Notes under the pieces: generated by a model
Told to the model about the DNA's origin: nothing
The model's database searches: none
The model's input: only the letters and a program-made list of their open reading frames with translations
Program-made: the position numbers and the translations under genes
Part shown: positions 1 to 12,900 of the stretch, piece by piece
How the letters are laid out: each line of letters opens with the position of its first letter
Numbering within the stretch: the first letter of the stretch is position 1
Assembly (NCBI GenBank): GCA_002633005.1
Contig: NMRA01001163.1
Location: forward strand, 1-42,556
Length of the DNA stretch: 42,556 nt
From: Phoronis australis
Taxonomy: Eukaryota > Animalia > Phoronida
Direction of reading: 5' to 3'

Positions 1-12
1 CTGACTATTCCT

Positions 13-87
13 TGTATCTCTAACTTCACCTTATGGATGTTACCTGAGCTGTATGTTGGCATTTGCTACCTTCTGTATGTAATCATC
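13..87 (+). repeat. Dispersed repeat copy (Penelope-like terminal fragment) matching 17939-18013
   Basis: TGTATCTCTAACTTCACCTTATGG...AATCATC matches 17939-18013 at 71/75 positions. The other copy runs directly into a hammerhead motif; this one diverges at that point. Confidence 0.75.
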
Positions 88-479
88 TCGTTCGATAGGT
101 GAGAAACAATGAGGACAAGACTGAATGTTCGAACTCGTGAAGGTTTTACATTACAACAATACCAGGCTTTCGATGGACAAGTAAGTCAGTAAGTGTGCTG
201 TTCGTGAAATGTTCAATGACTCGTATACACGGTTAGAGCATTCACTGATGGGTAACTGATCTCAGTCAGCATACATTGGACCCGAATCATTTTGAAGAGC
301 CTCAATTCGATCAGCTGTTCAGTTTTTGTTCTTATGGCCTACTGGTAGTAGTACTGATTCACGCTGACCTGGACTAGTTACACCATGTTAGTGTTTTAAC
401 ATGTAGTTAAAACTGCTAAGGCCCTTTCATTCTAACGTCGACATGGCGATGTTTTGGGGAGTTGCAGTCAGTATGGAGG

Positions 480-508
480 GTTAACTTCGGTCCGGAATCG
501 AAGTTAAC
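480..508. repeat. Short palindrome, probably inside a degenerate MITE (~420-910)
   Basis: Perfect 10 bp inverted repeat GTTAACTTCG/CGAAGTTAAC. Related TTAACTTC...GAAGTTA motifs recur at ~577-605 and ~861-907. Confidence 0.55.
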
Positions 509-1136
509 TGTGCCACTTGACTTCACAGTAAACAAGTGGAGCGTCGATGCTGTGGTGTACGGTAGTATGTGAATGATTAACTTCGGTTACATCGAAGAAG
601 TTATTGTTAGGGGCCACTGTTAACATCAACAATTACAGGGTAGTGTCGTCGCTAAAAGCTGCTCATATTTTGCTCGAATAGTCACTAATGGAATTAGAAA
701 TAGGTTTCTGTGTCTATTAGCACATATCAATGTTCCCAAATTATCACATTAAAAAATCCTGGTGTACAAGTGTTGCATCTGCACTACGTTGCGATTACTT
801 CGATGACAACATCGTCAGCTACAGTTTACTTAGACATCCAAAGCCGGTATAAACGGTTCAATTAACTTCTCAGTTCATGTCGACAATCTGCTCAGACCGA
901 AATTAAGTACAGCACAAAATGGCTTTTATATCGATTTCAACTGACAGAACAATGTAGCAGGTGGTGTTAAGAATTGTGGCGGGAGAGGGGGGGGGAATGT
1001 TTGTAGGATGGGTTAGGGACTTCACCTGGCCATGCCAATAGCTTTATTAGAAAGCTCATATCAGTGTTGGTCGTAAGTCTTGGTCAAGATGGCTATACTT
1101 GAGAAAGTCTTATTAGTTTTGCTTTATTTTTTCCAG

Positions 1137-3631
1137 TTAGGAGAATACTGACCACCTACTGTAACCGTAAGTATATCTTTCTTATTCCATTAAGTTTTAA
1201 AAGAAAGAATAGGTGAGCTAATTTATTCAGTTATTGATGGCCACTTTTCTCTGTATTTCCATCTTAGACCCACAACCTCAAAAATTAGCCAGTCAAATCA
1301 CGTGATTGGAGTGCAAATCTTGTTTGCTCATGTCATGGAATTGCTCAATTTTCGAGTTGTGTATCGAATACAGAGATTAGGCTATGGGCTCTAACGAAAG
1401 GCGGAATTTTCATCAATTATAAGTCTCTTAGGTCGCTGTCAGTTTAGAATAATGCTGTCTCAAATGTTGCCTTCTGGTAATTAAATGAAAGTTATTTTAA
1501 GCATAAAGGTGTGACAAATTGACTGAAAGTACATTCTTAAATCTTGTGATTGCTCCTGGTAAAATGAGTCAAATTGTATTTAAACCCTCCTTCATCATCT
1601 GTACTTTCAGAATGAGTGGTTTAGACAACGCCCTCCACAAACTTCTTTGCAAGAGTCACAGACTGGTCATCACCTGAAGAAACCTTGAGGTATTGTTTCA
1701 TTCATTTCCTTAATATCTCATGGAGTGACATTTCACATTTTATTCAACTCACAACTCACAATCCTTACCAAAGATATCACTGTTTCGTTTACAGTATTTA
1801 AACATGCCTTGTTTAAAGCATGTTCAATTTCTATTCAGGGATTCACCCAGGATTTCGAAAATAGGGTGTCCAAAATGGGGTTCCCAATATTTCGGAGTGT
1901 CCGTGATTCCGACGACGAATTACCCCTACCACAGTGCAGAGCACCAGCAACCCCCCACACAGTGATTTTTTTACAAAAATACGTAGATCAAAGCGTTTAC
2001 ATTTGCGTTTTCAAAATTACCCCCCTGTATCGAGCTTTTTTTACTAAAAAAACTGCTACGTAATTAAAATAAATGTGTCCATGACTTCAAACATATTTCG
2101 ATTAATTACATGTCATGGAGCAACTCTTGTTTGCGTTTACATTTCTGTTGTGTTGATAATTACTGCAGTGAAATGCATTTGATGTTACACAGGTTAAACT
2201 TCGGCAGTGAAAATCCATTTTGTTCGTTAATGTGATTATGTAATTGCTGTTAAAGCTGCTATAAACCTGCCTTCCTTCAATTAAACCAACTCTTGATTTG
2301 GACTATTTATTGTCTTGGCCCATTCCTTACTCAAAGTACAAGTGATTCCTGGAATTAGAAAGAACTGACAGTTCGTTATAACACAAACCTCAGTTTATCA
2401 ATTTGCCTTGAAACAGCTTATCATTTTCTGTAGTTGAATTTGTTACAAGCCAAGAAACCCATCCTCACCTGGGTAAAGAAACTTACTGATAGGAGGTGTG
2501 ATGCGAATAATGGTATAAATTAAAAGTTACTTTATTAATGATGGAATGTTGGTTTGTAGCAACTTTACCAGTTCTGTTTCATTACATTTACATGTAAGTC
2601 TTCATCCGATTTTAGTATGAAACTAAGAAATTGTATTGGGCATAAATTTTGTTTATTAGTACCACAAAGAACTCGCATTTATCTGAGTACTAAGTAGTAA
2701 TCAGACAAAACAAATATGCATTAGACACATAAAATATGGTGCCTGAGTATATAACATAATTTGTTTGACTGCAAGCAAAGTAGATAAAGCAGTATTTTGT
2801 GACATAACCCTTGCATTGCGAAAATATGTTGGGGTAGGCGCCTTTTGTTGTAGTTGGTACCTATGTCGAAAGCCATCATATCATTACAGTAGACTCTTGC
2901 CAGTTCCTCATTTATGACGAAGAAACCAAGTCCTGAATCAAAAATAAAATAAAAATAAAAATTTCTTCACCGCCATGTATAAAAGAAAAAAAATTCTCCA
3001 TTAACTAGTGTACTTCAAAAGCTGAATACCTTATAGAATGCAAACAGTTTGTCCCGTCAGCACACCATCTTTTGGGTCACATCACGTGACCTAATGAATG
3101 TAATGTCCGAAATGATTTCTGCCCTAGACGGGGACGGGGGCAGAAATCTTTTTGGATTGATATTCATTAGGTCACGTGATGTGACCAAAAACAGGGCGTG
3201 CTGACGGGACAAGCTGTTTGCGACATTTTTCCATGCCTTATTGAAAAAGATTTATTTATATATACCTTATAGAATGTACTGTTGGCAATCCATTGTTATG
3301 GCTATTTTGGTATCTATACTTAAATTTCAGATAAAAAATAAACAAAACTCAAAGAAGGAATGTGTTTTATTTCTGTTTTGATTAGTTCGACTTAAACCGT
3401 ACCTTATCATGTCATGTCAGCAGTGTTTTCTTTCACAGAGACACATATGTGCATAATGAGTGTGCTTAACTGGATTTCCAAAACTGTCTTAATAAGAAAT
3501 ACTCACAGGCATAAGCAAAATGCAGGTGACAGGTTGCTTCTTATAGATCTTTTCTGTCTAGTGGACATTCCTCAGCATCTGCCACAGGTACACCCTGATG
3601 ACAATCACAGCTGGTGATACCCACCACCCCA
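1137..3631 (+). other. Chain of candidate spliced exons (1137-1166, 1611-1689, 2434-2472, 3562-3631); non-coding or decayed
   Basis: Each has a pyrimidine tract + AG acceptor (ttttttccag, tactttcag, ttttctgtag, tttctgtctag) and a GT donor (gtaagt, gtattg, gtaaag, gtgagt). Joined, they give no continuous ORF. Confidence 0.25.
3026..3276. mobile_element. Palindromic MITE-like insertion flanked by a 15 bp direct repeat
   Basis: 3040-3221 folds as an ~85 bp imperfect stem (GCAAACAGTTTGTCCCGTCAGCAC...GTGCTGACGGGACAAGCTGTTTGC, with internal TCACGTGACCTAATGAAT/ATTCATTAGGTCACGTGA). ATACCTTATAGAATG occurs at 3026-3040 and 3262-3276. Confidence 0.75.
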
Positions 3632-4912
3632 GTGAGTATGCACACAGCAAGTTGAATACAATGCCCTCTTCCTCAGACATACTTATGTGAGGCTGAAAAA
3701 ATCAAGCCACATAAATTTTGAGTTGTAGTTTAAACATGACCTCAACATGAAGGGGAATGTTGTTTTCATAGCTGCAAACTGGTTGTTGTTCTTCAAAAAG
3801 CCAGTGGTCCATTGTTAATGAAGTTTTACGACAGTATAATTTTCAGCATTTTATGTGGCATATTTTAGTGATACATAGCAAATGTATTTTATTACAGGTT
3901 TTCAGTTTTGTTACGTATAAAGCTTGTGTGATTACTGATCTAAGAAAACAATAAGAATGACTTGATAACACAAAAGTTATGTAGAATCGGTTCTCTTGCG
4001 TTAAGAAACGAGAATTCCAAGCATACCTACATGTGAAGAGACCGAACATCAATTGCCACCTAAGCCTATTCCTCTGCACATGGCCCATTACTCCAATCAT
4101 GTTGTCTTTGTTGCTTGAGTATTGTTATTGTTGGTGAAGTGGTAATGCACATTACGATGAACCTTTAAAAACGTGGTAATCACATAAAATGCCAATCTGA
4201 GCAGTACATAAATAACATTGATCAATACATTCCATAGGATACAAATTTTCGCAAAAGTGTGAGTGTACCTGAAATTGAAACTTCAGTGTTCTACCTGTTT
4301 CCAGACTAATTAAGTTTAGTTCCTGTGTTAACTTGCCAATACCGATGCTAGAAGTCTGTAACAGCTGACATTCAAAGAGGATGGATGATTTTCGAAGCAC
4401 CCTTTAGGCCCTCTGCCATGTAAACTGATGGATTGTGTTCTTGATAAAGTGAGTCTGCAAGGGCCTAGTCGCACACTCAAAGCCCAAGAAAGAATACATT
4501 ATTTAAAAGCAAACATTGTCGTTAAAATTCCTCTGTCCCTATCCCTTTATTTACCCGATCGAGACCATACCACTGATAATACAAGATGTAACCTGCTCGA
4601 CCTTTATTAATGCTCCTACTGATCTGCCTTTGGCTTATACCCTTTTGCCTTTGAGGAGGTCCCATACATAGGATATTGTTCTGTAATGATGTGATCACTC
4701 CCAGTGTCCTGCAATTTGAGAACCAGATTTCTTCATTGAATAACAGGCATCAAATTTGTTGCATCCCATTCCCAACCATGCTTTTGTGTGATGTCACTTT
4801 TCTCGCAACAACCTTCAACCTACCGGCACTTCCCAAGTTTGCTTGCATTCAATCCGAGGCTTCATCGCTGATCCAGTGGTTTGTGTTCAAGTGCACTAGT
4901 TAGCTGACTAGT

Positions 4913-5323
4913 CAGTGGTGGATTTAGAGGGGGGGCTATGGCCTCCCTAAAATTCTCCCAGCTCCCATTTGGCAGTTCGGGGGTGCAAATGTTTGGCGAA
5001 CTAAATCCTGGTTAATATTCTGCCCTGTTCCCCCAACTCAAAATCCTGGTTCTACCCCAGGGGCGGATCCAGAATTTTGAGTTAGGGGGGCCTGTGCACA
5101 GGAATAACCAGAATTTTGCGACATGCGCGCGCCCAGTAGGTATGCGCGAGGGTGTCAAATTTTTGGGTTTGTGGATCTTATTAGTAAAAAAAACATAAAC
5201 GGTAAACGGGGTTTGTTCAAGGGGCATGTGCAAGTCAGCAATTCGCACCCCAAACTGCCAAATGGTATCTGGGAGAATTTTAGGGGGACCATGGCCTCCT
5301 TGCCCCCCCTTAAATCCTCCAAT
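4913..5323. mobile_element. Two tail-to-tail copies of a CAGTGGCGGAT-type MITE (hAT-like termini)
   Basis: 4913-4990 is the reverse complement of ~5240-5323. The junction CCCC-A-GGGG at 5059 joins two right ends. A single copy of the same family lies at 14478-14634. Confidence 0.65.
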
Positions 5324-6328
5324 GTGCCCCTGCTAGTACAATATACAAGTAGAGTATAGAGTCCCTGGTGATAGACGATGCTTTTCGTATGCCAATGAAA
5401 AACCACGAATAGTTTTGCAATTCAAGTCGAAAGTCTGAAAACTGCCAGCAGGTAGAAATTCAACTCACGACCTTTGAGTGACAAACAGGGTCTATCCAAC
5501 CACAATAACATTACAATCTTTTTCAGTCACAGCATTGATAGGCCTATGGCTAGGGCTAGCCTTGGTACAAATCTGTATACTAAATATACATGTACTACGG
5601 CGGCTGTGTGAATTTCGGGCTCTATTGAAGAAAAACACACAGTGGTACCTACATGTAGCTGTATTTTGATACCGCTAGCTGGCTGGCTATGATACCACTG
5701 CAGACTCGACTCGAGCACAACGATTACTATCGAATTCAGTACGTAATTTTTCCACAGGTAATGGTTTCATCTAATTCTAAGCGTAATAGTTAGACTGTTC
5801 AGCTCATACAGGGAGCAATATCGTCATCAAAATGTTCAAGAAACGAATAAATTACCTGGTTAAGGTGAACTTCTCTTCTTCGAAGCAGTACCGGAAACAG
5901 CTATTTGTCTCGAGTTGCCGAAAGGTCAAACCGCACAGCATTATGAGCAACATTCGTTTGTTTTGATCACGCAGATTTTAAGAAAAAATATGTACAGGCA
6001 GCAGATCGACCCCATACTTACGAAAAGTTCTAATTAAGTGTCAGAGATTATGTTTCAGTGTTTTTATGCAGATTCACGATGTTTTTAAAACGTCTAAAAA
6101 CGGATCATATGACTTTAATTGTGTTTTCCGTATATGACGTTGAAAAATGCAACGACTGCAAATACATTATAAGGCTAAGGTGAACAGCCATACATGTTCT
6201 TGATCTAAGGTCATAGCTTAGTTAAAGTGTTGTTGCAACACTTCGCAACATGTGTTCTATAGCGAAAAAAGTTATATTTTACCAATTGTTCACTATGTTT
6301 GGAGAGCTGAAATAGTCGTCATACTTAC

Positions 6329-6358
6329 CTCCTGATAGTCCGTTTTCTTCTTTTCCTC
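6329..6358 (-). other. Candidate 30 nt microexon of a host gene
   Basis: Minus strand reads ctttattgttacag|GAGGAAAAGAAGAAAACGGACTATCAGGAG|gtaagtat. Both splice sites are consensus, the exon is purine-rich, its length is divisible by 3, and it has no stop (EEKKKTDYQE or GKEENGLSG depending on phase). Confidence 0.4.
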
Positions 6359-6589
6359 CTGTAACAATAAAGACGCAATTCATTCACAGTCACAGATTAC
6401 AGGTTTCGCCAAGCTCTATATGAAGCTTGCTTGTACGTACTAAATAAGTAAATATACAGTAGTCTGATTAGCCCTGACTTCACAATATACCATACTAGGA
6501 CACGCAAATCTTAATCCATTCCGTGAACATTTCAGTTGGACCTGATTTCTGAATTCAAAATACAAGAGCAACGCGAAGCGTTAAGATAT

Positions 6590-7500
6590 ACCCACGAATG
6601 CACCAGAAATGGTGTGCTTCTAAGGTTGCTTATTTGTATCCTAAATATGGCCACTAGATGGTGCAAAATACGCTGAATCCATCTGAAGTAAGGAACATTT
6701 TTAATAGAGCAATTGAAGAAACTTCATAAAAATCTGCCAAGGAACTTCAGCAGAACAAAGGAAAACGGATAAAATAAAATTGCCACTAGGGGTCACAGCG
6801 TTCGTCTTATCCGTCTGAAAATTATCGCCGTCTGCTGTTAACTGCATATAAATACACTTATTGAACTTAATAAGAAATTTGCGGTGGGTTTAGAGATACA
6901 TTTATGGGTAAAAAACAAAACAAAACTGCTACTAGGAGGCGCCAAAGTAGTCGAAGTCGTCGTCCTCAACTGTCTTCTTCACACTGAGAACTCACACACA
7001 CACATACACACACAAGCACACGCACACTTGCCACCCCCCCCACACACACACACACACGCTAATTCTCAAAATCACACTTAGAATGATTTGGTTGATAGAC
7101 GGTCCGACGTCAAAAAACAGACTTGAAATTAGTAAAAGTGGCCATTATGTGGCGCAATCACTTCCAATCCGTTCGAAAACGCAAGGATAGTGTCGTCTCA
7201 CCAATAGATGCCCACATTCCAAATTTTATGACTATCTGTTGAGGACCTTTGAAGATACAAATGCAAACTTAAAAAAATTGCCGCTGGTCACATCTGTCCG
7301 AAAGTCGTCTTCGTTCACTGTCAACTTCATGTGAATCCACTTGTCAAATTTAGGAAAGGTTTTAAAGAGGATTTAGTAGGTACAGCCATGAGCGCAAAAC
7401 AAAACTCCTACTACAGTAAGAGGCGCCACAGTACATGTAGTCGAAGTCATCGGAAAATCATCGTCAGACGTCCTCCTCACAGTAAGAACCATAAACATCA
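6590..7500. repeat. Degenerate internally repetitive element (Helentron/HINE-like) with a CA microsatellite
   Basis: Paralogous units AAAACAAAACT.CTAC...GAGGCGCCA.AG...GTCGAAGTC at ~6917-6958 and ~7396-7448; GCCACTAG motifs at ~6650 and ~6782; (CA)n/poly-C tract at ~6994-7057. Confidence 0.4.
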
Positions 7501-9499
7501 CATAGACCGGGCGTGCACCATTCAGATACATGAAACTTGCGTTGTCAATATGACGCCATATTGGAAAAAGTTACACCGGACAAAAATGGCGGAAAACACT
7601 AGAAGCCCTACGGAATCAGTCGGGAAATGCAGTGGGTCGCAGTGTTACGCCCACAGCCAAAGGGTTGAGTTTTTTGGTCCTGTCATTGAGTCATGGGTTG
7701 TATGGTTCTGCCACGGAGTTTATGTTGTGCCACCATAGTTTAAGCGGAGCGACCATGCGTTGTTTCCACCTCAGTCTTGGTGATTGAGACCATATAAGAT
7801 CAATTAAATATAATTATTAACCAGCATATGCTGTTATCCAGTGATGATGCTGTTTGTTAATTGCACTTAAGTAAATATTTGCTATTAATGACAATCATAA
7901 CGAGTTTTTACTAGTACTAAATAACATTTACATGCCCAAACGTACCCGGCAGCCATCCAAGTATAAGTGAACATTGTAATCTTTATTGGAATGTATACTG
8001 CTTTAAAAACTCATCACTTATTAATATTTATTCCAAAAGCAGATAATTTCTGTTGTATCATAACATACTGATCCCGGCAAAATCTTAACTTATGTTAAAG
8101 CTGACATTGGAAATTCTGTAGATTTGCACTGCTTGCTTACCAGGTCCTTGTTTTGTGACTCAAAACTTGGGCAAAATAGTGCTCAGTAATCAAAATATAA
8201 AAGGTTTACGACTTAATTGAGCTCCCAGCTTATACCTAAAATACAGTATTTCTCACTCCAAATCAAGTGGAAATATACCCAACCGAGCCGGTGTAGCATA
8301 AGTGATGTCCTCGTGAAAAAATGGCCCCGGTCTAAATTTAATGTGAAGAATTTTCAACTCATAAAAATGACCTCTTTCTCGTTTTCAGTATATGCCGCAG
8401 TTAGAGAGGGAAAGCACTGAACGGCTTTCAAACCAGGAATATGATGTGTTGGAGCTGGGCTGAAGCAAAAACAAATCACTTTAGTTTTCGAACAGTCCTT
8501 CGTTCAGTTGCCCAAATTGGCAACTGACCATTTTTATGCTGCTCGTGCCAGGATATTATACCTGACTAGCTGCATGAAGACTAAATTAATCCAACATACT
8601 TAGCTATATGTTAAGAATCTTCCGATCACTGACAAGTTTACTTACTATCAAAGTCAAATTTGAAACCGTGAGAAGGCCAAGGGTAAGTAACAAAGAATGT
8701 ATTTTTAATTGCTTGGCTGAGGGACGAGCAGTACGTGTATCAGATTAAAGCTGGGGTGGGAAAGGAGCAGTTCGAAATGATGTGTGGGAGAGGGGCTGAT
8801 CTCTTTGTGAGCAAATTATTACACGGTGTGGGAGTACTACAAAACGCCAACAAGTGCCTGGTGCTTGATCGGGGGGACTTCAGATGCGTGAGAGAGGAAT
8901 ACCATGCGTGAGAGAATATTTTTACGTTGGCAATCCCAAGCGATGCACAGAAAAAGGGCTCAGTCTGTGTTCTTTGGTTTTCCATAACAGCGTTCTCCCG
9001 TCGAGTCCAACTTGTTCGGTTGAGCAGCTCAACAAGTTGGGCGGATGACCGCTGTAGCCAATATCTTACACTGACGACTGATCAAGTCCATTATGGGGAA
9101 ATTTTTCAATACTGAAATGGCGTAGTGGGTAACCACAAAAGTACGCAGCACCCGAGGTAGCGCTACGTTTCCTGGATATACTGTATTTGGTTTGGGCAAC
9201 ACGAATTAAATGATAAATTTCCACGATCTTACTGGTTTTTCTTGAAAAAAAAAAATGTTCGCAGTGGATTGACAAGCGTGCCGACGCATAGGCCATTCGC
9301 CGGAGAATCTGCCATTGGTTGAGATCCGCGATTAGACAAACGTTTGATATCTTGCCCATCGACTGATTGACTTAAAAAAGCATGTATGTGCTCCATCACA
9401 TGTTTTTATGTTTCTCAAAAACTTACACTCTTCTGCCTCTTTATGTGTTAGATATCGCGCTTTAGGGCAATATTTGCATGGTGAATAACCGTGTCACGT

Positions 9500-9951
9500 G
9501 ACTAGAATCACCTTCCAATATTGCGCCAAGTTGTCAGCTGCAGTAGCACGGTATACTCTACTAAGATTTCATGTTAACAACATACATGCAAATTTTTACA
9601 ATCATCCTTAGAGCGGTTTGGTTAATAGGTGGCACATTCTACCGCGTAAACAAAAGGATAGCGCCACCTCACTAACAGATGCCTATGTGTCAAATTTTTG
9701 AAAACCCGTTGAAGATGCAAGAGTAAGCTAGGGGCACATCGGCAGTCACATCCGCGGCTCATGCCGTCCCATCCATGAAAGGAACACGTTCAAAATTTCA
9801 AAAATATTCGTCAAATGGTTTTGGAGACAGAGCAGCGGACACTGAACGCCAGATGTGTTACGTGGTCAAGCATTATTTAGTGAGGGCAGAGATACAGTAT
9901 CTATAGATACGAGCGAACAGCTATTACTCCTAGTGCTTGACTAGGAGTAGT
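9500..9951 (+). mobile_element. Helentron/HINE-like remnant with terminal hairpin
   Basis: Ends in the palindrome GTATCTATAGATAC (9897-9910) and the stem-loop ATTACTCCTAGT-gcttg-ACTAGGAGTAGT (9923-9951). Internal motifs resemble those at 6590-7500 and ~31400-31550. The left boundary is approximate. Confidence 0.4.
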
Positions 9952-12900
9952 CTCCTGTGCTGACTCTCGAGATTGGTTTGGGTCTGCTACAGGGCACTAT
10001 TTGATGCGTAATATCATTGGCTGTTTCGATTTCAAGAAACAAGGCATTCTATCGGTCAGTTGTATTATAGGTCAAACTAGTTCATCAACTTGGCCACTTC
10101 CAGTGAAGGAATGTCGATGGATTTACAACTGTTTAAATCTCTCTGTTTTCATCAAACTCCCGCATTTCAAAGCTAACAAGTCAACGAATGCATTACAAGT
10201 AACGTATACTAAAGATTTAATGATAATTGTCTTGTACACCATGCTGGATTCTCACGTGATGTGATTTTTTACGAAATAATTTGTGGAAGAGATAGGAATA
10301 AGTCATTTTAGGCATGATACCACCGAATAGGGGGAAAGGAGTGTCTGAGTGCGTCGAGGCTACGGGAGATTGTCATGTTAACATGTTCAAGTACGTTACA
10401 TGTATATAAGTTCCCGTGAATACCGTGAAGGTTGAACTAGTGGGCAGATAAGGATATGTGCTGAAATAATGCTATTCATTGTAATTGACATTGTCATTGC
10501 ATAATACGCTGGCACACTAACAGAGGTTAAGAGCATAAAATACATTCAATGGTTCAAAAAATTCAAACATTAATCAGTTTAGCAATAGTTTTATCATGAC
10601 TGACATTATCGCTGTTGGCGGTGCCATTAGGCAGCGGTGACTTTGACTGCCATCGTACAGGCATACGGAGTAGTCAATTATTTCGGAGGACGTTTGTGGT
10701 TGTGAAATTATGATTATACCCACTCTTTTGTATAATCAGCAAGATAAAACGTCACCCTTGTGTGAGTTGGCACAGTCATTAAAACTGACCCATTTTGGTG
10801 AGAGCCTCAATGAAAGAGTCAACTTTTCTGATAACATAATTACGCAAAGTTATCATTTACAGGGAATTGTATTTCAGCAAGAAACTCTCTGGGCTGTATT
10901 CTTTTTAACACAACAAGCCTCAGTTGTATATGAAGAATTCAGTGGTTTTGGTGCAAAAATGGATCATTTTATACCAAAAAGTAAATATTTGTTTGTGTGG
11001 AATTTATTTGGAAATTCCTCCTTTCATGGTGACTTTTTCAATGCCTGAGTCTCCTCTTTCTCATGGACCCCGACTTGTCAACTGTTTAATTTTTTGCTTT
11101 CCACGTTCAGATGATATCAACTGTTGCAGTTAGCAACAATCATCTATTAATTTCAGTCTAATTGCAAAACACTGTCTCAGAACCATTCTAAAACATTCCA
11201 AAACTACTAAAATTCGCTGTAATCAAAGCATCCTGGAGTTAGAAATTGTAAGCAAGCAGATTCAAAACCTGGTTCGTTGAAGTGACAAGTTGCAAAAACA
11301 TCTCACATTTCAAAATTGGGAGCTCAGTGTACTTCAAAGATTTTAAATTGGGTTACTTAACCAAAATCGACGGTTTGTTGTGCGTTAGATGGGTTGGATT
11401 GTTATCCAGGCAATAGTCACTCACTGGCAATCCCCATTTTTAGAACAAATTTAATGTCTGATATTCAGTGAAAAAAAACAGGTTCCTTTTATGCAGTTGA
11501 AAACACTGGTTCTAAAAGTGGGGGTCCCCTTTTTCTGACTATCACCATTATGTTTTGCTCAGTGTTTTGAGCAAGATGCTAGTGTTTCATTCTTGTGGTT
11601 ATGATCTACATGATACAGCAGTGATTTTAGCCAACATTTTGGTCTCTTCGAACAGTTTTTCAAAGTTGCAACTTTGACTCTTATTGCGGGGACTCCTCGT
11701 GGACAGAGATGGGCAGCGTGAGTTGCTTTAGAAAATTTTGCACTGGCAAGCACCCTCACGTTGACTCAAAATTAAGCCTGGGCACAAACATAGCCGTGGG
11801 GCGCACAACAGGGCTACCACCTCTTCACTGCAGATCCTTCCACTGATAGAAACTCATTCCAGTTTTGTTCTTTCCTAGCTCCCCTGTCCCCTGTTCATGC
11901 AGTGCCTCCAGGTTGCCTCTCATTACAATCACAATCATTGGTCGCCAACAATTTCAAGTTTGGCAACCTCTGTTGAATAATTCTGACTACACCCGTGCTG
12001 CGGGGGGAATAGGTTATTTCAGACCCGACTGCCATTCAAGGTGCACATTCGCTGCCTTGTGAAAGCATAAACCATTATGAAAGTAACACCTGGGCCTGGT
12101 TTTCAACTTTTTACTCAAGATTATTTTTATTATTTTTTGATTCTACTTTTGTTTGAACTCGATATATAAGTTTATTTTACTCTATGTGCTTATTGATGGG
12201 AATTAATGATCCCAGAGTTAAAACTAAGAGTTTGTGTCTGAGTTCGAGGTTTTGTTAGAGGTCTTGTGATTTTTATCAAATTTCATCTAGAATCTGATGG
12301 TCATTAAGCACTATCTTGAACTCGCAAGGAAGTGGACTGGAAGTGACAAAAACAATTTCGAGTTAAATTTGGATTGAAAGCATCACTCTAGAGGTGTATT
12401 GCCAAAACATGATCACATAATCCCTTTTCAGGGTTTTAAATCAATCCATAAAAGACTGGGCTAGAATCTGTTTAGCCCATAAAGCATTTCAATACAATGT
12501 GAGAATAAGAAAACACCTGTACTAAGCTGTGTTGAAAAAATGAACCCATTTTAAGTGTACCATTTTAAAGCTGATATTAACCCAACCTCTTTTTAGAACC
12601 GTCATGTAACAATATAAGATTGGTCTCATACCAACAATGCTGCTTTTGGCCTAAATAGTAGCAAAAATCTAATCACAATTGCTCGCATGAAGAATGGCAT
12701 ATCCAGCAGTTGGATTTGGATACTAGTGTTTGGTGTCAATCTTCACGTGTGTGCTCGTGATTAAAACTCTTGATCTTGTAATGTTCCTTTCTGGGATAGC
12801 ATGTGGTATATTGGCTTCGATTGAACTGATAATTTGTGATTGCTTAAGACCTTGTGCGGTAACCATGACTTTGAGCAATAACAAAGTTTGAGTTCTTCCA

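Noticed and set aside
3594-3625. CTGATGA-CAATCAC-AGCTG-GTGAT as a hammerhead
   Set aside because: No GAAA core or stem III follows.
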